DNA of 60,430 bases from Minisyncoccota bacterium (GCA_041664465.1 JBAYKP010000005.1:1-60430); one strand, 5' to 3'. Shown: positions 35,693 through 44,454, numbered from the stretch's first letter. Notes: generated by a model not told the origin, from the letters alone. A program made the numbers and translations.

Positions 35693-36349
35693 ATGCAAAC
35701 TGAAAAAAGTTTTAAGCACGTTACCAACAGACAGGGCGTGCAGTTGGCTCATAGAGCTAATGAAAATGGGGTTTCAAGAGAAGACTGGGTAAAGTTTACC
35801 AATGACTCAGTAAAACTTGCTAAGTTTTTTGATGAGATGAAAAACGGCGACAACTGGTTTGAAAAGCTTCAGGTTGAAGCTCAAAAAATCGGTGCTCGTG
35901 TATCCCTTCTTAAACTCAAAGTTGACTACACCAAGTCACACAATGAGTCTGCAATGGCAGGTGGGCCACAAACGGATTCAAGCTATAATGTTCTCAAAGT
36001 GGGAGATAAATATCAACCATCAGAAAACAAAGTAGTTGAGGAAGTTATTGTTTTATTAAACTATCCTCAGGGCGGGGGGAACTACCAGAAAACTGTTGAG
36101 TGGGGAATCTCAAATGGTCTCTCAAAGACCACTCCTCACGTTCCGTTTGCAATTGGCGAACAATTTTCAAAGCTTAACTATACACTTGGACCTAATCCAA
36201 TGTATGTTGTTGAAACGACAGGATGTTCGTTCGGTGGCAGTGCGCGCGCTTGCTTTGTGTACTGGTACGATGCTGAGCGCTGGTCCGACTTGTCTTGGCA
36301 GGGCATTTTTGGTAATGACGATGACTGGTTTGCTTTCCGCAAGAAATAG
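35693..36349 (+). CDS. DGR variable (target) protein with C-terminal CLec/FGE-like variable region
   Basis: The C-terminal 40 aa are encoded by the VR and end with the invariant ...DDDWFAFRKK. Confidence 0.85.
   Translation: MQTEKSFKHVTNRQGVQLAHRANENGVSREDWVKFTNDSVKLAKFFDEMKNGDNWFEKLQVEAQKIGARVSLLKLKVDYTKSHNESAMAGGPQTDSSYNVLKVGDKYQPSENKVVEEVIVLLNYPQGGGNYQKTVEWGISNGLSKTTPHVPFAIGEQFSKLNYTLGPNPMYVVETTGCSFGGSARACFVYWYDAERWSDLSWQGIFGNDDDWFAFRKK
36226..36339 (+). repeat. DGR variable repeat (VR)
   Basis: 114 nt aligned without gaps to 36704-36817, with 16 mismatches, every one opposite an A in the TR. Confidence 0.92.
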
Positions 36350-36703
36350 ATCTTTGTGTTTAGAAATTTATTTTTTTTAAATACTTTGATTTTTGCTCTC
36401 GCACGATAAAACTTTGGAGATAGTCTAAACTCCACCCTCATATATTTATTTATACGGGGGTATTTTTTATGTTAGACTAAATATGGCATTAGGTGAATAT
36501 GCGGGAGATTATGATTTCTCGCTACCGAAACCAGTATCCATATATTGAGAATATTTGAGATTAAGATTTCAAGTAGTGTGGTATATGTAGAAACTTCAAA
36601 AAATGAAGATACTTGGTATAGGGTGCTTTGTGATTATAATCACAAATAATATACAACCCTAAGATAGTTCAAGGGGTGGTGGGATAGATGGCACTCTATA
36701 TAT

Positions 36704-36817
36704 TTCGTTCAATGGCAATGCGAACGCTTGCTATGTGTACTGGAACGATGCTAAGCGCAAGTCCAACTTGAATTGGCAGAGCAATTTTGGTAATGACAAT
36801 GACTGGTTTGCTTTCCG
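36704..36817 (+). repeat. DGR template repeat (TR)
   Basis: Non-coding copy of the VR, rich in AAY codons in the VR frame (N.N.N...N....N.N..N..N.N). Confidence 0.92.
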
Positions 36818-36841
36818 AAAATCTTTTCATTTCTCTTCTGT

Positions 36842-37186
36842 CTATATGGCAGGAGAGTTTTGTTTTGTAAGTTGCCCATTCCATCCACCAAGCATTCTTC
36901 CTACTTCATCTAAGGGAACAGAAAGAATAATATATTTTTTATTATCAATAGATTTTGTTTCCCATAAAATCATTAATAAAATTTTTAGCGTATCAACTTT
37001 TCTAATTGATAATCTTACATATAACTGTTTTTCTCCCTTAGGAAGAAATCCAGCTAAAGAAATAGCTTCCATTATTTCTATGAATAAAGTATCAATTCTA
37101 ACTCCAAGTGAGTAGCGATGTTCTTTGGGAATTATTTGATAGTAGCCATACCATAAGATATACACAGTTTTGAGCCTCTGGAGCAC
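36842..37186 (-). CDS. avd: Avd-like four-helix-bundle accessory variability determinant
   Basis: IPKEHRYSLGVRIDTLF and EVGRMLGGW parallel BPP-1 Avd IPRKHGVAREMFL and EVGRILGSW. GTG start. Lies on the strand opposite TR and RT. Confidence 0.75.
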   Translation of the reverse strand: MLQRLKTVYILWYGYYQIIPKEHRYSLGVRIDTLFIEIMEAISLAGFLPKGEKQLYVRLSIRKVDTLKILLMILWETKSIDNKKYIILSVPLDEVGRMLGGWNGQLTKQNSPAI

Positions 37187-37223
37187 TGGTAAAAGTGTCG
37201 GGGGGGGGGGTAGTATTCATAGT

Positions 37224-38246
37224 ATGATTCGGACTTTGTTTATTCATACATATAAAGATATCATTTCTGTTGAAAATATTCTAGTTGCATGGCGGGAATT
37301 TTTAAAAGGCAAAAAACAAAGAAAGGATGTTTTAGTTTTTGAACAAAATTTGATGACTAACATAATAGACTTGCACAATGATTTAAAAAATAAAACATAC
37401 AAACATAGCGAATACAAAGCATTTAAAATAAATGACCCCAAACCAAGAGACATACATAAGGCAAGTGTAAGAGATAGACTTCTCCATCATGCTATTTATC
37501 GTGTTCTATATCCATATTTTGATACAAAATTCATATATGATTCATATTCTTGTCGACTAGAAAAAGGGGCTCATAGAGCCTTAGATAGATTCAAATATTT
37601 TGGAAATAAAATTTCAAAGAATAATACAAAAACTTGCTATATATTAAAATGTGATATCAGAAAGTTTTTCGCAAATATTGACCATCAGATTTTAAAAAGT
37701 ATTTTAGCGAAATATATAGAAGATGAAGATATCATATGGTTATTAAATCAAATTATTGATAGTTTTCAAACAAATATGGATACAAACTCTGCCATGGCAG
37801 AGTTTGTATCCATAAAAGAGAAAGGTTTACCCCTTGGCAATTTAACCAGTCAGCTACTTGTGAATATTTATATGAATGAATTTGATCAGTTTGTGAAGAG
37901 AGAATTGAAAGTAAAATACTATGAGAGATATGCTGATGATTTTGTAATTTTTTCAGAAGATAAAGAATATTTAGAAGATATTTTAATAAAGATGGAAGAA
38001 TTTTTAGGGAATAAACTAAAACTACAAATGCATCCAGATAAAGTATTTATTAAGACTCTTTCTTCTGGTATTGATTTCTTGGGTTGGATAAACTTTCCAA
38101 AACATAGAGTGTTAAGGACAGCCACGAAGAAAAGAATGTTTAGGAATTTAAAAGGGAATGATAATAAAAAAGAGAGTGTCAATTCCTATTTAGGGATGCT
38201 TTCGCACGGGAGTGGTTATAAATTGGAAATTAAAATTAAAAAATAA
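37224..38246 (+). CDS. DGR reverse transcriptase
   Basis: SYSCRLEKGAH, CDIRKFFANIDH, GLPLGNLTSQLLVNIYM (DGR-type LGxxxSQ) and YADDFVIF (YxDD). The ATG at 37224 is preferred over the TTG at 37170 in the track. Confidence 0.9.
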   Translation: MIRTLFIHTYKDIISVENILVAWREFLKGKKQRKDVLVFEQNLMTNIIDLHNDLKNKTYKHSEYKAFKINDPKPRDIHKASVRDRLLHHAIYRVLYPYFDTKFIYDSYSCRLEKGAHRALDRFKYFGNKISKNNTKTCYILKCDIRKFFANIDHQILKSILAKYIEDEDIIWLLNQIIDSFQTNMDTNSAMAEFVSIKEKGLPLGNLTSQLLVNIYMNEFDQFVKRELKVKYYERYADDFVIFSEDKEYLEDILIKMEEFLGNKLKLQMHPDKVFIKTLSSGIDFLGWINFPKHRVLRTATKKRMFRNLKGNDNKKESVNSYLGMLSHGSGYKLEIKIKK

Positions 38247-38364
38247 ATTTTCTAATTAAGCTTTGAACATCGTGAGGCAAGACCTAACGATTTTTACAAT
38301 TAAGAAACGGCCGTTCTTTAAATGTAATTACCTAATTATTTCGGTCGGAAAAGTTAGGTAATTT

Positions 38365-40011
38365 TTAATTTGTGCATTCTTTGTCGGCGGGGATTTTGAT
38401 TAGTCCGAAGAGGCGGAGGCAGAGGTCGCTGATATTTTTCTTTTCTTTGAAGACGTGATTTTCTTTTTTGTAAGTTACTAGGTTTACATTCTTTCCTGCC
38501 TCTTTTAATTTATTGTAAAGTAAGCTGGCTTGCCAAAGGGGGATGGTATCATCTGCTTCTCCTTGGATTATTTCTATTCTTTGATTCCCCAAGTTATTTA
38601 TCTTATTTATAATAGAGGCTTGGTCATATAATTTCCTATTGGAAGCATTGGGTAATCCATCAAATGGTGTATTGAATATAGATGTTTTCATTTTTACTAA
38701 TAGACTTTCCCAGTCGGTCACGCCGTTTATAGAGAAGATACCCCTGAAAGATTCTGGATGCTCTACAAGAGCTCTAAGTGACATATAGCCTCCATAGCTA
38801 TTACCAGATAAATACGCATCACTTATATGATATTGATTTTTCATATATTTGAGAGCTTCCATTACATCATCTATATCTCCGCTACCCACAGAGCCTTTTA
38901 TTTCATCTGAATAGAGACGACCATTGCCGAAACTTCCTCGATAGTCTAGCTTTAGAATTATCACATTATTCTTTTGTAATAATTTAAGTATAGAGTCATA
39001 TATGCCATAGCTATGGTACGGATGATAGCCTAGGCTTGTCTGTCTGAGGGGTCCGCCGTGAAGCCAGATGAGAAGAGGGTAAGTCTTTCTCGCGTCGTAA
39101 GCTAGCGGAGTCATCACGACAGCATTTGAATTCCCAACTTTTATATACTCTTCATTTTGAATATTTATTTTAGTATTTATTTTAGGTATTTTGAATTGAG
39201 CAACTTTTTTAGTTTTGATATTATAAATTTCTGGGCCGTAGCCTTTTTCTTGTAGACGATTGAATATAAGAGTAGAGCCGATCTTTATTATTGGATCAGT
39301 ATAGGATACGTATGACTCCACTATCTCTTCTTTGTTTGTTTTTAAATCTAAATGATACAATGACCATTTGTATGGATTCTCTTTACTGTTTCCAATATAA
39401 TAAATATTGAGTGGATTATCATAAATAAAATAATTGATATTATAAGAGAGCGTGTTTATTTTTACACTTTCTATCTTACTATTATTGAGTGAATTTAAAT
39501 CTACTTTATACAAAGACATAAACCCATCCTTATCATCAAGATACAAGAGAGTCTTCTCGTCAGGAGAAAATTCAAAAACCTTTTTTTGTTCATCTACTAG
39601 ATCCCAATAATCTACCTTACTTGATATTGTGTAATTATTATTATTTTTAATATTTTTTATTATATAAGTTCTAGTGCTCCCTCCGTCTTCCTTTGAGATA
39701 TAATAAGCTAGCCAATTATTCTTTTTTGAAAGTGTTACGTGATTTGCTTTCTTATCTTCGATTTCTTTCTTGATTGAATTTTTCAATGATAATGTATTTG
39801 ATTTACCTAAAATGGTCTTTTTCGTCGAGGAGCATTTATAATTTAAAATATTACAGATATAATCACTTTTTTTACCTATGCTGTAATATTCTATCAAGAT
39901 GTCATTTCCTTTGTATCCATTGATACTTCCATATTGTATATCAAGAGCCTCTATGTATGGCACAGAGGTGAAAAATATTATTAAAATAAATAGGTATTTG
40001 AGTTTAGACAC
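38365..40011 (-). CDS. S9 prolyl-oligopeptidase-family serine peptidase
   Basis: N-terminal propeller-like region. Catalytic GNSYGGY, EADDTIP, ENHVF. Confidence 0.8.
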   Translation of the reverse strand: MSKLKYLFILIIFFTSVPYIEALDIQYGSINGYKGNDILIEYYSIGKKSDYICNILNYKCSSTKKTILGKSNTLSLKNSIKKEIEDKKANHVTLSKKNNWLAYYISKEDGGSTRTYIIKNIKNNNNYTISSKVDYWDLVDEQKKVFEFSPDEKTLLYLDDKDGFMSLYKVDLNSLNNSKIESVKINTLSYNINYFIYDNPLNIYYIGNSKENPYKWSLYHLDLKTNKEEIVESYVSYTDPIIKIGSTLIFNRLQEKGYGPEIYNIKTKKVAQFKIPKINTKINIQNEEYIKVGNSNAVVMTPLAYDARKTYPLLIWLHGGPLRQTSLGYHPYHSYGIYDSILKLLQKNNVIILKLDYRGSFGNGRLYSDEIKGSVGSGDIDDVMEALKYMKNQYHISDAYLSGNSYGGYMSLRALVEHPESFRGIFSINGVTDWESLLVKMKTSIFNTPFDGLPNASNRKLYDQASIINKINNLGNQRIEIIQGEADDTIPLWQASLLYNKLKEAGKNVNLVTYKKENHVFKEKKNISDLCLRLFGLIKIPADKECTN

Positions 40012-40033
40012 ATCTATATAGTATAATAAAACT

Positions 40034-40648
40034 ATGGATAATACAAAAAGGGAAAAAGAGCTAGTCTGGGTTCAGATACTATATTTGTATATTATTCCGG
40101 TATTACTTTTATATTTCAAAATTTTACCAGGGAATTTTCGCTTCTTAATGCTTTTTGGTATTGCTATCTTACTCTATGGGATTGTGAAGCACGATCATTG
40201 GACTTATTCAGATTTAGGTATAAAGCGAGATTTTATGAAGGATATAATTCCCTATGCTCTTTTTACTGCAGGAGGAGTTTTCTTCCTTGTATGGCTTGCG
40301 CAAGTGGTACCCCATGATCCATTTTTGAAATGGGATGATAATGCCAAATTTTTACTTTTATTTGTTCCTATAAGTATTTTACAAGAGGTTATATTTCGTG
40401 GAATTCTGATGAATATGCTTCGTCGCGCTTTTAAAAGCCCCATATTCATTATTGTCTTGAATGCCTCTGTCTTTGCTTTCCTGCACGTTATTTATCTCAA
40501 TTCTATTTTTGTCTTGCCGATGACTTTCATCGCAGGGGTTGGCTTTGCTTGGATTTACTATCAATATGAGAATTTACCTCTTATATCTCTTGCCCATACG
40601 ATTCTTAATTTCACTGCTATGGTTCTAGGTTTCTTTATTATTAGATAG
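40034..40648 (+). CDS. CPBP-family intramembrane metalloprotease
   Basis: EEVIFRG and FAFLH motifs in a multi-TM protein. Confidence 0.8.
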   Translation: MDNTKREKELVWVQILYLYIIPVLLLYFKILPGNFRFLMLFGIAILLYGIVKHDHWTYSDLGIKRDFMKDIIPYALFTAGGVFFLVWLAQVVPHDPFLKWDDNAKFLLLFVPISILQEVIFRGILMNMLRRAFKSPIFIIVLNASVFAFLHVIYLNSIFVLPMTFIAGVGFAWIYYQYENLPLISLAHTILNFTAMVLGFFIIR

Positions 40649-40649
40649 A

Positions 40650-40707
40650 CCATAGGTCAGACCTAGGGACAAAAACTTTTAAATAAGACCCTAGGTCTGA
40701 CCTATGG
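40650..40707. repeat. REPIN-like inverted doublet
   Basis: ccataggtcagacctaggg-(20 nt)-ccctaggtctgacctatgg. A single unit recurs at 24181-24203. Confidence 0.85.
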
Positions 40708-40719
40708 AACAAATAAAGT

Positions 40720-41988
40720 ATGAAATATTTTAATATTTTTAAAAAAATTAAAAGTGTTTTTGTTTCTCCAATTATAAAAATATTTATTATAAGTTTCTTG
40801 ACGATGCTCATTACTACTCTTATCTTATTAGCAGTTGTTTGGCATTATAGAGCCAGAGTTTTTAGCTTCATTGCAAGTAATTATGTTTTACAATCGAAAG
40901 TTTCCAATGTAGATAGGGTATTGATTGAGAAAGTGACAGAGGCTCCGGCGACAGTTGCAACGAAAGAAGAAAATAAAGTAGAAGGCACAGTCATTACAGC
41001 CGTAAAGAAAGCTCGCCCTGCTGTCGTTTCTATCATTATAAGCAAACAAGTTCCTAAATATACAGTTACATATAAAGAAGAAGGTATTGTATATACTCCA
41101 AATGGTACCGAAAAGAAACAGCTTGGTAGCGGGTCTGGCTTCCTTATATCGTCCAGTGGGATGATAGTGACGAATCGTCACGTCGTAGAGCAGACGGACG
41201 TAGATTACACAGTTCTCTTAAATAATGGCAAGGAATATTCTGCTACAGTTCTGGCTCGGGATAGTGTCTTAGATGTGGCTTTGATTAAAATCGGAGCGAC
41301 AAATCTTCCTTACTTAGAGCTTGCAGATTCAGACAAACTTGAAGTGGGGCAAAGTGTTGTTGCTATTGGTAATGCTCTCGGTGAATTTAAGAATACTGTC
41401 TCCTCAGGTGTTGTCTCAGGGCTTTCTCGTAGTCTCACTGCTACAGGTAGTGGAGGATATCAAGAATTTCTTTATAAAGTTATACAGACAGACGCCGCTA
41501 TCAATCCAGGGAATTCTGGTGGGCCACTGCTTAATCTTTCTGGAGAAGTTGTAGGTATCAATGTAGCACTTGCACAAGGGTCATCCAATATTGGATTTTC
41601 TCTTCCGATAAATAGTGTGAAGAGTGTAATAGATCAAGTGGAGAAGACGGGCAAGATTTCTCGTCCATATGTGGGGGTCAGGTATGTAAATGTTACAGGG
41701 GATTTAAAAGCTAAATTAAATTTATCAGTTGATTATGGGATTCTAGTAGCCAAAGGAGCAAATGAAAGTGATGTGGCTGTTGTCCCCGGGTCTCCTGCAG
41801 ATAAGGCTGGGATTAAAGAAGGGGACATTATTCTCTCTATTGGTGGCGTGGTCTTGAATCAAGATAATGATTTTATGTCTATTATACGTAATAAGAAAAT
41901 AGGAGAAAGCTTAAAGTTTCGCATTCTTTCAAATGGTATAGAGAAGACAGTCACGATTAAGCTAGAAGAAGCCACTGCCGGTTTGTAG
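40720..41988 (+). CDS. HtrA/DegP-family serine protease with PDZ domain
   Basis: TNRHVV, DVALIK and GNSGGPL catalytic triad context. C-terminal PDZ (GSPADKAGIKEGDIIL). Confidence 0.9.
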   Translation: MKYFNIFKKIKSVFVSPIIKIFIISFLTMLITTLILLAVVWHYRARVFSFIASNYVLQSKVSNVDRVLIEKVTEAPATVATKEENKVEGTVITAVKKARPAVVSIIISKQVPKYTVTYKEEGIVYTPNGTEKKQLGSGSGFLISSSGMIVTNRHVVEQTDVDYTVLLNNGKEYSATVLARDSVLDVALIKIGATNLPYLELADSDKLEVGQSVVAIGNALGEFKNTVSSGVVSGLSRSLTATGSGGYQEFLYKVIQTDAAINPGNSGGPLLNLSGEVVGINVALAQGSSNIGFSLPINSVKSVIDQVEKTGKISRPYVGVRYVNVTGDLKAKLNLSVDYGILVAKGANESDVAVVPGSPADKAGIKEGDIILSIGGVVLNQDNDFMSIIRNKKIGESLKFRILSNGIEKTVTIKLEEATAGL

Positions 41989-42023
41989 TAGCTTATTTTT
42001 AATAAATATAATACAATAAAAAA

Positions 42024-42353
42024 ATGGTAGATTTAAAAGAATTACAAAAGGAGGTAATGCAAAATAAAATAGATCACGGTTTCAACATCACTGATGTCGC
42101 TTTGGAATTTTGTCATGCCCATGAAGAACTTTCAGAAGCATTTCATAAATTTAGCAAAAGAGAAGAAGGTGTGGCTGAAGAGTTTGCCGATGTCGCGATT
42201 TTCCTATTAGGTATCTGCGAAATCCTTGGTTATGATTTAGAGAAAGAATTAATAGAAAAAATAAAGAAAAATAAAAATAGAAAGTACATCAAGTCCAAAT
42301 CTCCAGATGGCAAAGATATATTCATCAGAGTTAAAACAGAAGTAGATCCATAA
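42024..42353 (+). CDS. MazG-like all-alpha nucleoside-triphosphate pyrophosphohydrolase
   Basis: HEELSEA ... EEFADVAIFLL acidic motifs of the MazG/DCTPP1-like fold. Confidence 0.65.
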   Translation: MVDLKELQKEVMQNKIDHGFNITDVALEFCHAHEELSEAFHKFSKREEGVAEEFADVAIFLLGICEILGYDLEKELIEKIKKNKNRKYIKSKSPDGKDIFIRVKTEVDP

Positions 42354-42359
42354 ACAAAT

Positions 42360-42394
42360 AAAATCTCCGCTAGGCCTTGCCTAGCGGAGATTTT
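42360..42394. terminator. Bidirectional hairpin terminator
   Basis: aaaatctccgctagg-ccttg-cctagcggagatttt lies between the convergent MazG-like gene and folA. Confidence 0.75.
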
Positions 42395-42403
42395 ATTTTC
42401 CCT

Positions 42404-42928
42404 TTATTTTCTTTCATAGATTACAAAATTAGTATCATATATATTCTTATCGTCTTTTGTATGCTTATCTTCTTTCACAATTTGCCACTTATTCATATCT
42501 ATCATAGGGAAGAGAGTATCAGCATCAGGGAACTCTGCATTCACATGGGTGATGTAAAGTTTGTCGGCTTTGTCTATGAAGAGCTTATATATCTGTCCTC
42601 CACCTATTACAAATAATTCCTCATCTTCTTTTGTTGTATTTTTCAAAAGTTCATCTAATTCTTCCATTCCATATACAACTTCTGCATCGTCTCTTTTGAA
42701 TTCTTTATCGAGAGTAAGTATTATGTTGCGTCTGTTAGGGAGTGGCTTACCGGGTTTGCCATTGGGTCCAATACCTAATGACTCGAAAGTTCTCTGGCCC
42801 ATTATGACAGGGTGTCCGCTGGTAGTTTCTCTGAAATGCTTCATATCTATCGGTAAATCCCATAGAAGCTCATTCTTCCTTCCGATTTCATTGTTATTTG
42901 CAATGGCAGAGATTATAGATAAGATCAT
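42404..42928 (-). CDS. folA: Dihydrofolate reductase
   Basis: IGRKNELLWDLPIDMKHFRETT, VIMGQRTFES, VIGGGQIY. Confidence 0.9.
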   Translation of the reverse strand: MILSIISAIANNNEIGRKNELLWDLPIDMKHFRETTSGHPVIMGQRTFESLGIGPNGKPGKPLPNRRNIILTLDKEFKRDDAEVVYGMEELDELLKNTTKEDEELFVIGGGQIYKLFIDKADKLYITHVNAEFPDADTLFPMIDMNKWQIVKEDKHTKDDKNIYDTNFVIYERK

Positions 42929-42929
42929 A

Positions 42930-43778
42930 TTATTTCACTATATCGAGTCCTGTTATCGGCTCATTTGGTTTATAAAACGGTGCAAATGATTCATATATTT
43001 CATTTACCAATGTCTCATCTTTATTATAAGCACGGTCATAAATGTTGTCAGGAAAAATAGGGAAAATATTCGGATGATCATTTTCTCTTTTAATTAACTC
43101 CAATGCTCCTTCATAATGATTATCATATATGTGTGCATTAGAAATAGTATGGGTATAAATTCCTGGTTTCACTCCAAGCTTCTGAGCAAGGGCACACATA
43201 AGTAACGAGAATCCAAAAGTATCAAAAGGGCACCCAAGCATCATATCATTGGAACGGACTATATTATGAAGATGAAGTCTACCACCTATAATATTTACAG
43301 TAAATGCAAATGGGCAAGGAGCATTCTTCTTATAAGTGGCCTTGAGTCCTTTCCCGTAGAGTCCATCATCAGCAGGGTCCCAAGTAATGACTACTCCTTG
43401 TCGTGAGTGAGGTTCTTCTTGCAAATGTTTAACAAGTTGGTCAAGCTGATCTCTTCCAAAATGATGTCGCCATCTATAACCATAAGCAGAAGTTATCGTG
43501 CCATCTTCTTCTATAAATTCATCCCACATCTTTGTATATTTTCTTAAGAATTCTGTATCGTTATCTCCTGTGATGAACCACACCTGCTCGGCAATAGGAG
43601 ACTTGATAGGATTCTTACGAAGAGTTAAAACAGGAAATCCATCTTTTTCAATATCAATTTGAAAAGTAAGCCCTGGTAAAATTTTTATCTTATGGCCTGT
43701 TCTTTCATTTAATTCTTCAATACCTTCCTCCATTATTTTCTTTATTAAACTTTTATAGACTTTATCAAATGTTGTCAT
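42930..43778 (-). CDS. ThyA-family pyrimidine-nucleotide C5 methylene-transferase, with Asp at the Asn177-equivalent position
   Basis: Ungapped alignment to the E. coli ThyA core: APCPFAF (Cys nucleophile), VRSNDMMLGCPFD versus QRSCDVFLGLPFN, NAHIY versus DTHLY. Codon 186 is GAT (43221-43223). Confidence 0.8.
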   Translation of the reverse strand: MTTFDKVYKSLIKKIMEEGIEELNERTGHKIKILPGLTFQIDIEKDGFPVLTLRKNPIKSPIAEQVWFITGDNDTEFLRKYTKMWDEFIEEDGTITSAYGYRWRHHFGRDQLDQLVKHLQEEPHSRQGVVITWDPADDGLYGKGLKATYKKNAPCPFAFTVNIIGGRLHLHNIVRSNDMMLGCPFDTFGFSLLMCALAQKLGVKPGIYTHTISNAHIYDNHYEGALELIKRENDHPNIFPIFPDNIYDRAYNKDETLVNEIYESFAPFYKPNEPITGLDIVK

Positions 43779-43807
43779 AGTTTGTATTATATTATATTAT
43801 TAGCAAT

Positions 43808-44356
43808 ATGGAAACAAATAACAAAAATGAGACGAATAAGAAGATAGAGTATCCTTATTTACCAGAAGGGAGGACTATATTATATGTGCCAAAAGATAAT
43901 CAGTTTATGCAAGAAGCAAAAGAAGTAGCGCGTACAGAATCCACAGAAAAGCGATTTTCTACGGGTGCTGTAATCGTTCGGGTTCGAGATAGTATTGTTG
44001 TTTCTCAGGGTGCAAACAAAGCGTCTCTAACTAGTGAAAGTTTAATTAATTTACACAAGAAGTATTGCATTAGAAGAATTTTAGGAGTTCCGTCTGGCAA
44101 AAAATATTGGCTATGTCCTGGATGTGCAGCAGGGGATCATCATGCTGAATATAGGGCTTCTAAGAGATTAATTAAACAAGGTTTTGATAAGTCTGATCAG
44201 TTTGACTTGTATTTATGGGGTCATTGGTGGGCGTGTAAAGACTGTTGGGGTAAAATGCTTGAAATTCCAATTCGTAATGTTTATTTAATGGAAGGAAGTG
44301 AAGTTGTCTTTAACGAGAAAAACCCCAATAATATAATAGGACATCAATTTGATTAA
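43808..44356 (+). CDS. dCMP/cytidine deaminase-family protein
   Basis: HHAE zinc/catalytic motif and ACKDC (PCxxC equivalent). An extra CPGC pair suggests a second metal site. Confidence 0.7.
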   Translation: METNNKNETNKKIEYPYLPEGRTILYVPKDNQFMQEAKEVARTESTEKRFSTGAVIVRVRDSIVVSQGANKASLTSESLINLHKKYCIRRILGVPSGKKYWLCPGCAAGDHHAEYRASKRLIKQGFDKSDQFDLYLWGHWWACKDCWGKMLEIPIRNVYLMEGSEVVFNEKNPNNIIGHQFD

Positions 44357-44366
44357 TTTATTTATC

Positions 44367-44394
44367 AAAAAGCGAGCCTTCGGGCTCGCTTTTT
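44367..44394 (+). terminator. Intrinsic terminator
   Basis: aaaagcgagcc-ttcg-ggctcgcttttt followed by a T-run. Confidence 0.75.
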
Positions 44395-44454
44395 GTTTTT
44401 TGGCAGATTGTGCTAAAATCAGAATATTACAAATCTAATTTATTACCATAATAT

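Larger units (their letters stand above)
35693..38246 (+). mobile_element. Diversity-generating retroelement (DGR) cassette: target/VR, TR, avd (antisense), RT
   Basis: The 114-nt VR/TR pair differs only at TR adenines. An Avd homologue and a DGR-type RT are adjacent. Confidence 0.92.

Noticed and set aside
36096-37115. Track ORFs 36096-36380 (+), 36178-36441 (-), 36696-36884 (-) and 36735-37115 (+) around the DGR repeats.
   Set aside because: 36735-37115 is open only because the TR is a copy of the coding VR, and it runs antisense through avd. The others overlap the target gene's 3' end or the VR-TR spacer without any support.
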